Source: Euryarchaeota archaeon RBG_16_67_27 (GTDB lineage Archaea > Thermoplasmatota > Thermoplasmata > RBG-16-68-12). From it: a stretch of 42,051 nt of DNA. A program made the translations under genes and the position numbers. Location of the stretch: the NCBI GenBank assembly GCA_001800745.1, contig MGVZ01000047.1, positions 930 through 42,980 of the forward strand, given 5' to 3'. This document shows positions 8,904-17,204 of this stretch, in pieces. Below the pieces are notes generated by a model. It was given only the letters and a program-made list of their open reading frames with translations, searched no databases and was not told the DNA's origin. Positions within the stretch are counted from its first letter, which is position 1; each line of letters opens with the position of its first letter.

Positions 8904-10995
8904 CCCTCTGGAGCCGGAGGAACCAGCTCACGCCGACGACGAGGACGATCACGATCACAATCCCGAACACGACCATCCAGGCGTAGGTCTGCACCTGCCC
9001 CGTCTGCCGCTGCCGCAGGCGCCACGAGGCCCGGACCGTCTCGAGGCTGAGGGCGTTCACCGCACCGTCGACGACGCGACGGTCGAACGCGTCCGTCCCC
9101 GCGGCGGCCGCGAGACCCCCTCGGCCGACGACGTTCACGACCCCGTCGACCACGTTCCGGTCGAACCAGTCGAGCGCCCGCGCGAGGCCGGCGACGGCCT
9201 TCGCGCCGATCGCGTCGTACAGGTCGTCGATCCCGTACCGCCTCGAGAGCAGCCGGTGGAGGAACGCCCCGGACGGGGCGGCGGTGAAGCGCTCCGCGGG
9301 GATCCGCCGGGTCGCGTAGACGCTCCAGGCGAGGACGATGCCGAGGAGGGCGACGCCGAGGGTGAGGCCTTCGAGCGCGTACTCCGCGAGGGGCACCCCG
9401 ACGAGCGGCATCTGCGCGTGGGGCTCCCCGAAGAACACGAGGTTCCCGAACCCGTTCATGCCGTACGCGAGCAGGCCCGAGGCGACCGCGAAGCCCGCGA
9501 GGACGACGAGCGGCGCGGTCATCACGGCCGGGGACTCGTGCGGGTGGCCTTGACCGCGGTACTCGCCGTGGAACGTCATGAGCCACATGCGGAACGTGTA
9601 GAACGCGGTCAGGAGCGCGGTCAGGACGCCGAGCGCGTAGAGGAGGTAGAACACAGGCGCCTCGTGGGCCGCCTCGAACGTCGCGGACAGCACCTCGCCC
9701 TTGCTGAAGAACCCGCTGAACGGGACGATCCCCGCGAGGGCGAGCGACCCGACGAGCATGACCTTCGATGTGATCGGAAGGTGGCGCGCGAGGCCGCCCA
9801 TCTCCCGCATGTCGTTCGTGTGGACCGCATGGATCACGCTCCCGGCGGACAGGAAGAGGAGCGCCTTGAAGAACGCGTGGTTGAACAGGTGGAACAGCGC
9901 CGCGGTGTACCCGAGGGTCTCGCCGCCGTGGGTGAGGAGCCACGCCCCCGCGCCGAGGCCGAGGAACATGTACGCGAGCTGGGAGATCGTGGAGAACGCG
10001 AGGACCCTCTTGATGTCGTACGCGGTGAGGGCCATCGTGCCCGCGAAGAACGCGGTGAACCCGCCGACGACGGCGATGACGAGGATCGCGACGGTCGGAG
10101 CCTCGAGCGGGAGCGCCGCGGGCGGGACGAGGAAGATGAACGACCGGGCGGTGAGGTACACGCCCGCCTTGACCATCGTCGCGGCGTGGATCAGCGCGCT
10201 CACCGTCGCGGGGCCTTCCATCGCGTCGGGCAGCCAGGCGTGGAGGGGGAACTGGGCGGACTTCCCGATGGCCCCGCCGAACAGGAGCAACGGGATGATC
10301 GTGAGGAGCTGCGGGGCCGCGAGGAGCGCGGCGAAGCCCTCGCTCCCGGAGTCGGCCATCTGCGCGACGATCTCATCGAAGACAAGGGTGTGGAACGTGT
10401 TCCAGATCACGAGGATCCCGACGAGGAAGATCACGTCTCCCACGCGGGTGACGAGGAACGCCTTCTTCGCGGCCTTCGCCGCCTCGGGCTTGTGGTACCA
10501 GAAGCCGATGAGGAGGTACGAGCAGAGGCCCATGATCTCCCAGAACACCATGAGCTGGAGGAAGTTGTCCGCGCTCACGGTGCCGAGCATCCCCGCGGAG
10601 AACAGGCTGACCTCCGCGTAGTACCGGTGCTTCCCCTCCTCCTCGCGCATGTACCCGAGAGAGTACACGAAGATCAGGAGGCAGAGGAACGAGACGAGGA
10701 GGAGCATGAGCGCGCTCAGGTTGTCGATGAGCAGCCCGACGTGGATCGCCTGGGACCCGGCGAGGCCCTCGATCCCCGGGATCCACACGTACCCGTCGAC
10801 CGTCGTGTGGACTTCACCGCCGAGCGCCCCCTGCCCGAGGACCTCCCAGAAGAGGTAGCCCGACACGACGAGGGATGCGGCGATCCCGCCGACGGCGACG
10901 TGGCCGCCTCCCTGCGGCAGGCGACGGCCGACGAGGCCGACGATCAGGAACGCGAAGAGCGGGAAGAGGAGGATGAGCCACGCGTACTCGAACAC
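8896..10995 (-). CDS. nuoL: Complex I subunit L with extended lateral helix
   Basis: FWEIMGLCSYLLIGFWY, GKSAQFPLHAWLPDAMEGP, SALIHAATMV, HLFNHAFFKALLFL, and C-terminal QTGQVQTY. Confidence 0.96.
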   Translation of the reverse strand: MFEYAWLILLFPLFAFLIVGLVGRRLPQGGGHVAVGGIAASLVVSGYLFWEVLGQGALGGEVHTTVDGYVWIPGIEGLAGSQAIHVGLLIDNLSALMLLLVSFLCLLIFVYSLGYMREEEGKHRYYAEVSLFSAGMLGTVSADNFLQLMVFWEIMGLCSYLLIGFWYHKPEAAKAAKKAFLVTRVGDVIFLVGILVIWNTFHTLVFDEIVAQMADSGSEGFAALLAAPQLLTIIPLLLFGGAIGKSAQFPLHAWLPDAMEGPATVSALIHAATMVKAGVYLTARSFIFLVPPAALPLEAPTVAILVIAVVGGFTAFFAGTMALTAYDIKRVLAFSTISQLAYMFLGLGAGAWLLTHGGETLGYTAALFHLFNHAFFKALLFLSAGSVIHAVHTNDMREMGGLARHLPITSKVMLVGSLALAGIVPFSGFFSKGEVLSATFEAAHEAPVFYLLYALGVLTALLTAFYTFRMWLMTFHGEYRGQGHPHESPAVMTAPLVVLAGFAVASGLLAYGMNGFGNLVFFGEPHAQMPLVGVPLAEYALEGLTLGVALLGIVLAWSVYATRRIPAERFTAAPSGAFLHRLLSRRYGIDDLYDAIGAKAVAGLARALDWFDRNVVDGVVNVVGRGGLAAAAGTDAFDRRVVDGAVNALSLETVRASWRLRQRQTGQVQTYAWMVVFGIVIVIVLVVGVSWFLRLQRGG
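9055..9166 (-). repeat. Imperfect in-frame tandem repeat (78-nt / 26-aa period) in the nuoL lateral helix
   Basis: gttcaccgcaccgtcgacgacgcgacggtcgaac at 9055 and gttcacgaccccgtcgaccacgttccggtcgaac at 9133. Protein FDRNVVDGVVN versus FDRRVVDGAVN. Confidence 0.85.
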
Positions 10996-10996
10996 G

Positions 10997-11299
10997 TCAC
11001 CACCTCAGGAACCGGACCTTGTCGAGCTCGATCGTGCCGTGGGTCTGGTAGATGGACAGGAACACGGCGAGGCCAACGGCGGCCTCCGCGGCCGCGACGG
11101 CGATCGCGAGGAGCGCGAAGACGCCCCCGGCGGGGTCGCCTTTGTACGCGCTGAACGCGACGAAGTTCAGGACGGCCGCGTTGAGGATGATCTCGATCGA
11201 CATGAGGACGATGATCCCGTTCTTTCGCGCGAGGATCCCGTAGAGGCCAATCGCGAGGAGGAGGGACGAGAGGATGAGCTCATACTCGAGCGGGATCAC
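10997..11299 (-). CDS. nuoK: Complex I subunit K
   Basis: IGLYGIL, LMSIEIILNA, VAAAEAAVGLA. GTG start at 11299 overlaps the upstream stop. Confidence 0.95.
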   Translation of the reverse strand: MIPLEYELILSSLLLAIGLYGILARKNGIIVLMSIEIILNAAVLNFVAFSAYKGDPAGGVFALLAIAVAAAEAAVGLAVFLSIYQTHGTIELDKVRFLRW

Positions 11300-11556
11300 G
11301 GGCCCACCTTCCCGGGCTCGTCCATCTTGGAGAGGTAGATCCCGCCGATCATCGCGCTCCCGAGGAGCAGGGCGATCAGGATCACGGCGATCGGGAACGA
11401 GTCGAAGAGAGCGTTCGCGATCCCCTGGTCGGAGACCGGATCGTACGCGGGGATCTCCGTCGGGTCCGAGGGCCACGGCACGTTGACGAAGGACAGGGCC
11501 ATCACGAGGAAGAGCGGCGTGACGGCGGCGAGGGCGAGGATCCCGCGGCGGTCCAT
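11296..11556 (-). CDS. nuoJ2: Complex I subunit J, C-terminal half (J2)
   Basis: IANALFDSFPIAVILIALLLGSAMIGGIYL matches the NuoJ C-terminus. Lies between J1 and K. Confidence 0.85.
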   Translation of the reverse strand: MDRRGILALAAVTPLFLVMALSFVNVPWPSDPTEIPAYDPVSDQGIANALFDSFPIAVILIALLLGSAMIGGIYLSKMDEPGKVGP

Positions 11557-11831
11557 CAGGTCCCCTCCTCCGTCGACGGTTCGTCCATGATCTTCGTGCG
11601 GGTGAGCATGAGGCCGAAGACGAACAGGATGGGCACCGTGCCCGCGTAGACGAGGATCTGGATCAGGAAGATGAACTCCGAGCCGAACAGCAGGTAGATC
11701 CCGCCGATCGTGACGAGGGTCATCGCGAGCCAGAACGCCGCGCGGACGAGCCGCTTGTTCGTGACGACGAGGATCGAGCCGACGACCTCGAGGACGCTCA
11801 GGACGAGGAACGCGACGAGCTCCCAGTCCAC
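11556..11831 (-). CDS. nuoJ1: Complex I subunit J, N-terminal half (J1)
   Basis: LVRAAFWL, SEFIFLIQILVYAGTVPILFVFGLMLT. Confidence 0.9.
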   Translation of the reverse strand: MDWELVAFLVLSVLEVVGSILVVTNKRLVRAAFWLAMTLVTIGGIYLLFGSEFIFLIQILVYAGTVPILFVFGLMLTRTKIMDEPSTEEGT

Positions 11832-11838
11832 GGCCGTC

Positions 11839-13068
11839 TCACCACCCCACGAGGCTCGCCCCGGCAGCGAGGAGGATCGCGAGCAGGGAGAGCGGGATGA
11901 GGCGCTTCCACCCGAGCTGGAGGATCTGGTCGATCCGGATCCTCGGGACGGACCAGGAGATCCAGATGAACACCACGCTGAGGAGGTACACCCGGAGCAT
12001 GAACCAGACCTCCTCGGGGATGATCGGCACGGGGATGCCCGCGACCTGGACGACGGTGAACACGGGGCCCGTCCAGCCGCCGAGGTACAGGATCGAGATG
12101 AGGCCCGCGCCCGCGATCATCCGGAGCCACTTGAACCCGAACAGGAGCCCGAACCGCATCCCGCTGTACTCCGTCGTCCAGCCCTCGACGAGCTCCGCCT
12201 CCGCCTCCGGGATGTCGAACGGGATCCGCTCCATCTCCGCCATCATCGCGACCGCGAACACGACGGCGCCGAGCGCCTGCGGGCCGAAGAGGTTCCACGC
12301 GGGGATCGCGAGAGGGCCCAGGGTCACCAGGGTCCGCTCCTGCTGCGCGACGATCTCGTACACGTCGAGGGAACCCGTCGTGAAGACGAGGGCGATCACG
12401 CACAGGATCAGGGGGATCTCGTACGCCATGAGCTGGGCCGCTGCCCGCATGCCGCCGACGAGGGTGTACTTGTTGTTCGCGGACCAGCCCGCGATGAGGA
12501 TCCCGAACGGGGCGATGGAGAACGCGGCGAGGATGAACAGGAGGCTCAGGTCGGGCTTCGCGACGACGAAGCCGCTGCTCCAGGGGAGCGCGACGAAGAT
12601 CATGAGGGTGGACGAGGCGATGAGCACGGGGGCCATGTGGAACATCGCGGAGTCCGCGCCGCGGGGGGTGAGGTTCTCCTTCTGGAGGAGCTTCATGCCG
12701 TCGGCGACGTTCTGCAGGTAGCCCCAGCCCTTGTGCGTGGGGCGGTCCTTCCGGTTGAAGGGCCAGATCGGCAGGGACCAGATGGAGACCATGATGCCGT
12801 ACCGGTCCTGGAGCCGGCTGTAGAACTTCCGCTCGACCCACATCATGGTAAGCAGGTTGATCAGCACGGCCCAGAGGAGCATGACCGTCATCACGACGAG
12901 CCATGTGACCGCGCTGACCACGGGGTCGCTCGCGAGCCAGTTCCCCAGGTCCTTGAGGGGCGGGATCACGGCGCCGAGCGCGAGGAGGATCTGCTGGACG
13001 ACCCAGAGGATCGCGCCCGTGAGGACCTTGCACGTCGCGAACAGGTCGGGCACGAGGGGCTGGCTCAC
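11839..13068 (-). CDS. nuoH: Complex I subunit H
   Basis: WVERK, ADGMKLLQKE, GWSANNKYTLVGGMRAAAQLMAYE, ERIPFDIPEAEAELVEGWTTEYSG, PRIRIDQ. GTG start at 13068 overlaps the nuoD stop. Confidence 0.95.
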   Translation of the reverse strand: MSQPLVPDLFATCKVLTGAILWVVQQILLALGAVIPPLKDLGNWLASDPVVSAVTWLVVMTVMLLWAVLINLLTMMWVERKFYSRLQDRYGIMVSIWSLPIWPFNRKDRPTHKGWGYLQNVADGMKLLQKENLTPRGADSAMFHMAPVLIASSTLMIFVALPWSSGFVVAKPDLSLLFILAAFSIAPFGILIAGWSANNKYTLVGGMRAAAQLMAYEIPLILCVIALVFTTGSLDVYEIVAQQERTLVTLGPLAIPAWNLFGPQALGAVVFAVAMMAEMERIPFDIPEAEAELVEGWTTEYSGMRFGLLFGFKWLRMIAGAGLISILYLGGWTGPVFTVVQVAGIPVPIIPEEVWFMLRVYLLSVVFIWISWSVPRIRIDQILQLGWKRLIPLSLLAILLAAGASLVGW

Positions 13069-14156
13069 TTGTCCATCTCCCCCACGCAGACGTCGATCGA
13101 CCCGAGGATCGCGACGAGGTCCGCAAGCTTGTTCCCCCGGAGCATGAGCGGCGTGGCCGCCATCGAACAGAAGATCGGGCTCCGAATCTTCACGCGGTAC
13201 GGACGGTCGTCGCCGTCGCCGAGGATGTAGAAGAGCGCCTCGCCGCGGGAGTCCTCCGTGCGCGCGAAGCCGTCCCCCTCCGCGCGACGCGGCTCCTTCG
13301 TCCGGTACGCGCCCGACGTCGGCATCTTCTCGAGCACCTGGAGGATGATGTCGCACGACGTGCGCATCTCGTTGAACCGGCACACGAACCGGGCGTACGA
13401 GTCGCCCGCACTGGACCCCTTCCAGACCTGGGCCTCGAAGTCGAGCTCGTCGTACGTCTCGTAGGGGTCGAGCCGCCTCAGGTCGACGTTCACGCCGCAC
13501 GCGCGGAGGTTCGGACCCGTCACGCCCCAGTTGATCGCGTCCTCCGCGGAGATCCGTCCGACGCCGAGGGTCCGAAGGTGGAAGATCTTCGAGTCGTGGA
13601 GGAGCTTCTCGTACTCGTCGAGCTTCCCCTCGAAGTGCGTGATCACCCGGCGGCACATCCCGTCGAAGTTCTCCGGCAGATCGTTCCGGACGCCGCCGAT
13701 CCGCGGGTAGTTCTGGTTCATCCGCGCGCCCGTGAGGAGCTGGAGAAGGTCGAGCCAGAGCTCCCGCTCCCGAAGGGCCCAGAGGAGCGCCGTGAGGAGG
13801 CCGAGGTCAGGCCCGTACGCGGCGAGCCACATCAGGTGGCTCGCGACCCGCTGGATCTCGAGGGCGAGCACGCGGATCCACTGCCCGCGCACGGGGACCT
13901 CGAGGCCCATCATCTTCTCCGCGGCGAGGCAGTACGCGTGGGACCAGGTGAGGGACGACACGTAGCAGAGCCGGTCCGTGAGCACGACGTTCTTCTGGAA
14001 CTCGCGCACCTCCATGATCTTCTCGTACCCGCGGTGGAGGTACCCGATCTCCGGCTTCGCATCCGTGATCGTCTCGCCGTCGATCTTCACCTTCATGTTC
14101 CAGAGCCCGTGGGTCATGGGGTGCTGCGGCCCCATGTTGATCCAGAACCCGGGCAC
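13065..14156 (-). CDS. nuoD: Complex I subunit D
   Basis: NMGPQHPMTHG, GYLHRGYEK, DRLCY, SHLMWL, TGARM, PYRVKIRSP, C-terminal DVCVGEMDK. Confidence 0.95.
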   Translation of the reverse strand: MPGFWINMGPQHPMTHGLWNMKVKIDGETITDAKPEIGYLHRGYEKIMEVREFQKNVVLTDRLCYVSSLTWSHAYCLAAEKMMGLEVPVRGQWIRVLALEIQRVASHLMWLAAYGPDLGLLTALLWALRERELWLDLLQLLTGARMNQNYPRIGGVRNDLPENFDGMCRRVITHFEGKLDEYEKLLHDSKIFHLRTLGVGRISAEDAINWGVTGPNLRACGVNVDLRRLDPYETYDELDFEAQVWKGSSAGDSYARFVCRFNEMRTSCDIILQVLEKMPTSGAYRTKEPRRAEGDGFARTEDSRGEALFYILGDGDDRPYRVKIRSPIFCSMAATPLMLRGNKLADLVAILGSIDVCVGEMDK

Positions 14157-14687
14157 TCACTTCCCTCCCTTCAGCTTCCGCCGGCTGATGTACTGGCGGT
14201 CGACCTCCTGGGGGAAGTCCTTTCGCAGGGGATGGAACTTGAAGTCCGCGGGCAGGAGGATCCGCTCGAGGTTCGGGTGGCCTTCGTACACGATCCCCAT
14301 GAGGTCCCACGCCTCGCGCTCGTGGTAGTTCGCCGCATTCCAGAGGACGCACACGCTCGCGACCTTCGGGTCATCCTTCGGGATCCGGGCGTGGAGCTGG
14401 ACCGTCACCCCGTTGTAGTAGTTCATCATGTGATAGACGCTCTCGAACCGGTCCGGCCACTCGACCGCGCTCACGCACGAGAGCTGCTCGAAGCCGAGAG
14501 CCTCCTTGAGATGGCGGCACACGTCCACGAGGTCCGCGCGGTCGATCATGACCTGCACGACGCGGGGGCGCGGGATCCCCGCCCGGACGACCTTCCCGCC
14601 GAAGCGGGACCGGACCTGGGCGAGGACCTCTTCCGCGGCCCCCTCCACGGGGCGGCCGCTCAGGACCGGGGCCGCGGCGCCGCTCAA
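14157..14687 (-). CDS. nuoC: Complex I subunit C
   Basis: ANYHEREAWDLMGIVYEGHPNLERILLP and HPLRKDF. Probable TTG start at 14687 overlapping the nuoA stop (TTGA). Confidence 0.92.
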   Translation of the reverse strand: MSGAAAPVLSGRPVEGAAEEVLAQVRSRFGGKVVRAGIPRPRVVQVMIDRADLVDVCRHLKEALGFEQLSCVSAVEWPDRFESVYHMMNYYNGVTVQLHARIPKDDPKVASVCVLWNAANYHEREAWDLMGIVYEGHPNLERILLPADFKFHPLRKDFPQEVDRQYISRRKLKGGK

Positions 14688-15052
14688 AGGTGGATGACCT
14701 CCTCCTTCTTCAGCGCGTACTGGGTGGCGACGAACATGATCGCCAGGAACAGGAAGATCGAGTACTTCGCCACCCCGGAGGAGCCGGACAGGTCGCCCCA
14801 GGCGAAAGCCCAGAGGAGGAGGAAGATCGCGGCCACGTCGAAAACGAGGAAGATGAGAGCGAACATGTAGTACTGGAAGTGGAACTGGATCTGCGCCTCG
14901 CCCTCCGGGAGCTCGCCGCACTCGTACACGAGGTCCTTGAGCGGGGTCGGGTGGTCGGGCCGGAACAGGCGGGTCAGGAAGAACGTGAGCGCCGGGAACA
15001 CGAGGGCGAGGATGGCGAAAATCGCGATTGGCCCGTAGGACTCCAGAGCCAT
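14684..15052 (-). CDS. nuoA: Complex I subunit A
   Basis: YECGELP, QYYMFALIFLVFDV, three TM segments. ATG at 15052. Confidence 0.95.
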   Translation of the reverse strand: MALESYGPIAIFAILALVFPALTFFLTRLFRPDHPTPLKDLVYECGELPEGEAQIQFHFQYYMFALIFLVFDVAAIFLLLWAFAWGDLSGSSGVAKYSIFLFLAIMFVATQYALKKEEVIHL

Positions 15053-15078
15053 TCGAGCGCTCGGAAAAATGGGCATCC

Positions 15079-15092
15079 TATTAAACCTTTGG
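15079..15092 (-). promoter_or_regulatory. Putative BRE/TATA promoter of the nuo operon
   Basis: Minus strand CCAAAGG-TTTAATA, with the TATA element about 27 nt upstream of the nuoA ATG, consistent with a leaderless transcript. Confidence 0.6.
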
Positions 15093-15180
15093 CGGAGACG
15101 CGACACGTACTCCACAGGGAGAGAACGAGGCGCGGACCGCACCCGCGCGGACGGCCGCCCCGGGACGGGAAACCCAACGC

Positions 15181-15186
15181 TTTAAG
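15181..15186 (+). promoter_or_regulatory. Putative TATA box for the molybdopterin oxidoreductase gene
   Basis: TTTAAG about 27 nt upstream of the ATG at 15213. Confidence 0.55.
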
Positions 15187-15212
15187 AGGGCCGCGCGGGT
15201 AGGCGCGCTCCA

Positions 15213-15776
15213 ATGGCGACGACGCGGGGCCTCCCACCCGGACAGCGCGAGGTGAGGAAGTGGCCCCGCCTCGACCTCGGGATCGTGCCTCGGTTCGATC
15301 CGCGGGAATGGGATCTCCGCGTCGACGGGGCCGTCGACCGGCCGCTTCGGCTCACGTACGAGGAGCTGCTCGCCCTCCCGTCTGCACGCGTGACGTCCCC
15401 GTTCCACTGCGTGACGGGGTGGACGACGTTCGACAACGCGTGGGACGGCGTCACGGTCCGCGAGCTCGCGACGCGCGCGGGCATCCAGCCGGGGGCGAGG
15501 TTCGCGACGTTCTACTGCGGTGACGGCTACACGACCTCGCATCCCCTGGACGTCCTCTACGACGCCGATGTGCTGATCGTCTACCGCCATGACGGGAACC
15601 CCCTCCCGCTCGAACACGGCGGCCCGGTCCGGCTCCTCGTGCCGAAGCGCTACGCGTACAAGAGCGCGAAGTGGGTGCGGCGGATCGCGTTCACTCAGGA
15701 GGAGGAGCTCGGCTACTGGGAGGTCCGGGGCTACAGCAACACCGCGGACCCCTGGACCGAGGACCGCTACGCCTGA
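15213..15776 (+). CDS. Sulfite oxidase-like molybdopterin-binding oxidoreductase (single domain, YuiH/MsrP-like)
   Basis: LPPGQ, FHCVTGW (Mo-ligating Cys), EHGGPVRLLVP, YAYKSAKWV, GYWEVRGY. Confidence 0.9.
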   Translation: MATTRGLPPGQREVRKWPRLDLGIVPRFDPREWDLRVDGAVDRPLRLTYEELLALPSARVTSPFHCVTGWTTFDNAWDGVTVRELATRAGIQPGARFATFYCGDGYTTSHPLDVLYDADVLIVYRHDGNPLPLEHGGPVRLLVPKRYAYKSAKWVRRIAFTQEEELGYWEVRGYSNTADPWTEDRYA

Positions 15777-15799
15777 GCCCGCCCCCGGTTCGGAAAGTC

Positions 15800-15805
15800 C
15801 TTAAG
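15800..15805 (+). promoter_or_regulatory. Putative TATA box for tatC
   Basis: GGAAAGTC-CTTAAG in the intergenic region. Confidence 0.45.
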
Positions 15806-15879
15806 GGGACCGGACCTTCGGCCGGATTCGCGGGGGTCTGGCCACCAAGCCCGAGGACGACGGGGTCGAGGAACGTCGG

Positions 15880-16671
15880 ATGACGTTTTTCGGGCACCTC
15901 GAGGAGCTCCGCCAGCGGCTCAAGGTCATCATCCTCGCGTTCGTCGTCCTGTTCCTCGTCTTCATCACGTTCAGCCTCCAGTACGGGGTGCTCGGCCTGC
16001 CGATGTACCTCCCGGTGCCCTCCCTCGACCCGAAAGCCTCCATCGCCTCCCAGTTCCTCGTCGCCCTCCAGGACCGGTACATCCCCGCGAACGTGACGAC
16101 GATCGTCCTCACCCCCTGGGAGGCCGTCGTCGTCCAGTTCAAGACGGCGCTCTTCCTCGCCGCGGTCGCGATCTCGCCGATCTCCACGTACGAGTTCTGG
16201 GCGTTCGTGCGGCCCGCCCTGAGGCCAAAGGAGCGGCGGCTCCTCGTCCGGATCTCCGCCCCGGTCGTGCTCCTGTTCCTCGCGGGCGTCGCGATGTCCT
16301 TCCTGGTCGTCCTCCCGTTCACGATCCCCTTCCTCTACGACATCGCCGGCGGCCTCGTGGACGAACCGTTCTTCCAGCTCCAGGAGTTCCTCGACTTCGT
16401 CCTGCTCTTCAGCCTCGCGTTCGGGCTCGCGTTCGAGCTCCCGGTCCTCATGTACGGCCTCTCGTCCCTCGGGATCGTCTCGCCGGAGTTCTGGGCGCGG
16501 AACTGGCGGTACGCGGCGATCGGGATCTTCGTGTTCGGGGCGTTCATCACGCCGGACGGCAGCGGGGTCACTATGATGCTCGTCTCCGTTCCCATGCTCG
16601 CCCTCTATGCGGGGGGATACGGAGCGTCCCGGCTCCGCGAGCGCCGGAGAGCACGGGCGAAAACCTCATAA
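15880..16671 (+). CDS. tatC: Twin-arginine translocase subunit TatC
   Basis: HLEELRQRL, YEFWAFVRPALRPKE, FGLAFELPV, AFITPD, PMLALY. The true start may be upstream (CTG at 15838). Confidence 0.95.
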   Translation: MTFFGHLEELRQRLKVIILAFVVLFLVFITFSLQYGVLGLPMYLPVPSLDPKASIASQFLVALQDRYIPANVTTIVLTPWEAVVVQFKTALFLAAVAISPISTYEFWAFVRPALRPKERRLLVRISAPVVLLFLAGVAMSFLVVLPFTIPFLYDIAGGLVDEPFFQLQEFLDFVLLFSLAFGLAFELPVLMYGLSSLGIVSPEFWARNWRYAAIGIFVFGAFITPDGSGVTMMLVSVPMLALYAGGYGASRLRERRRARAKTS

Positions 16672-16699
16672 GCGCGTCGACATTTGGTCGGTGTCGGCG

Positions 16700-17131
16700 A
16701 TGCCTCTGTCCGCGTACGGATTGCCGGACCTCACGGCCCAGATCATCGGAATCGAGTGGATCGTCGTGCTGATCGTGATCGCGATCCTCCTCCTCTTCGG
16801 CCCGCAGAAGCTCCCGGAGCTCGCGCGAGGGATCGGCCGGGCGATGGGGGAGTTCCGCCGCGGGAAGGCGGAGGTCGAGCGGCAGATCTCGACGGAGCTC
16901 AGCGACTTCGAGCTCAAGGAGCAGCGGACCCGGGTCGAGAAGGCCGCGGCCGCGCTCGGCGTGCCCTCGACGGCGAAGAGCGAGATGCAGCTGAAGCTCG
17001 ACATCGCGCGCGCGGTCGACAAGGCGACGGACGAGCAAGTCGTCGCCGCGTCGCAGGCGATCGGGGTGTACAGCAGCGGCGCGGACGTGCACCGCCTGAA
17101 AGAACAGATCGTCAAATCCCTCAACGTGTGA
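16700..17131 (+). CDS. tatA: Twin-arginine translocase TatA/TatB subunit
   Basis: One TM helix followed by LLFGPQKLPELARGIGRAMGEFRRG. Follows tatC. ATG at 16700. Confidence 0.92.
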   Translation: MPLSAYGLPDLTAQIIGIEWIVVLIVIAILLLFGPQKLPELARGIGRAMGEFRRGKAEVERQISTELSDFELKEQRTRVEKAAAALGVPSTAKSEMQLKLDIARAVDKATDEQVVAASQAIGVYSSGADVHRLKEQIVKSLNV

Positions 17132-17204
17132 TCCCCTCCGAGGGCGCGTCGTCATCTTTATGCGAGCGCGCCGTTTACGGCGCGTCAACGCAGGAGCCGG
17201 GAGC

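Noticed and set aside
4643-11154. Very long plus-strand ORFs (913, 651 and 805 aa) opposite the nuo genes
   Set aside because: Antisense shadows caused by high GC and codon bias. They are rich in Arg/Glu/Asp/His and show no motifs.
11296-11831. Split nuoJ as a frameshifted pseudogene
   Set aside because: A J1/J2 split is normal in archaeal complex I/Fpo operons, and both halves have proper starts and stops.
13065-14156. NuoD as a group 4 [NiFe]-hydrogenase large subunit
   Set aside because: Only one Cys remains in each motif (DRLCY, DVCVGE). There are no CxxC pairs, so it is a complex I/Fpo-type D subunit.
15213-15776. Molybdopterin protein as a Tat-exported MsrP, given its position beside tatC
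   Set aside because: No twin-arginine signal or hydrophobic leader and no MsrQ partner. It looks cytoplasmic.
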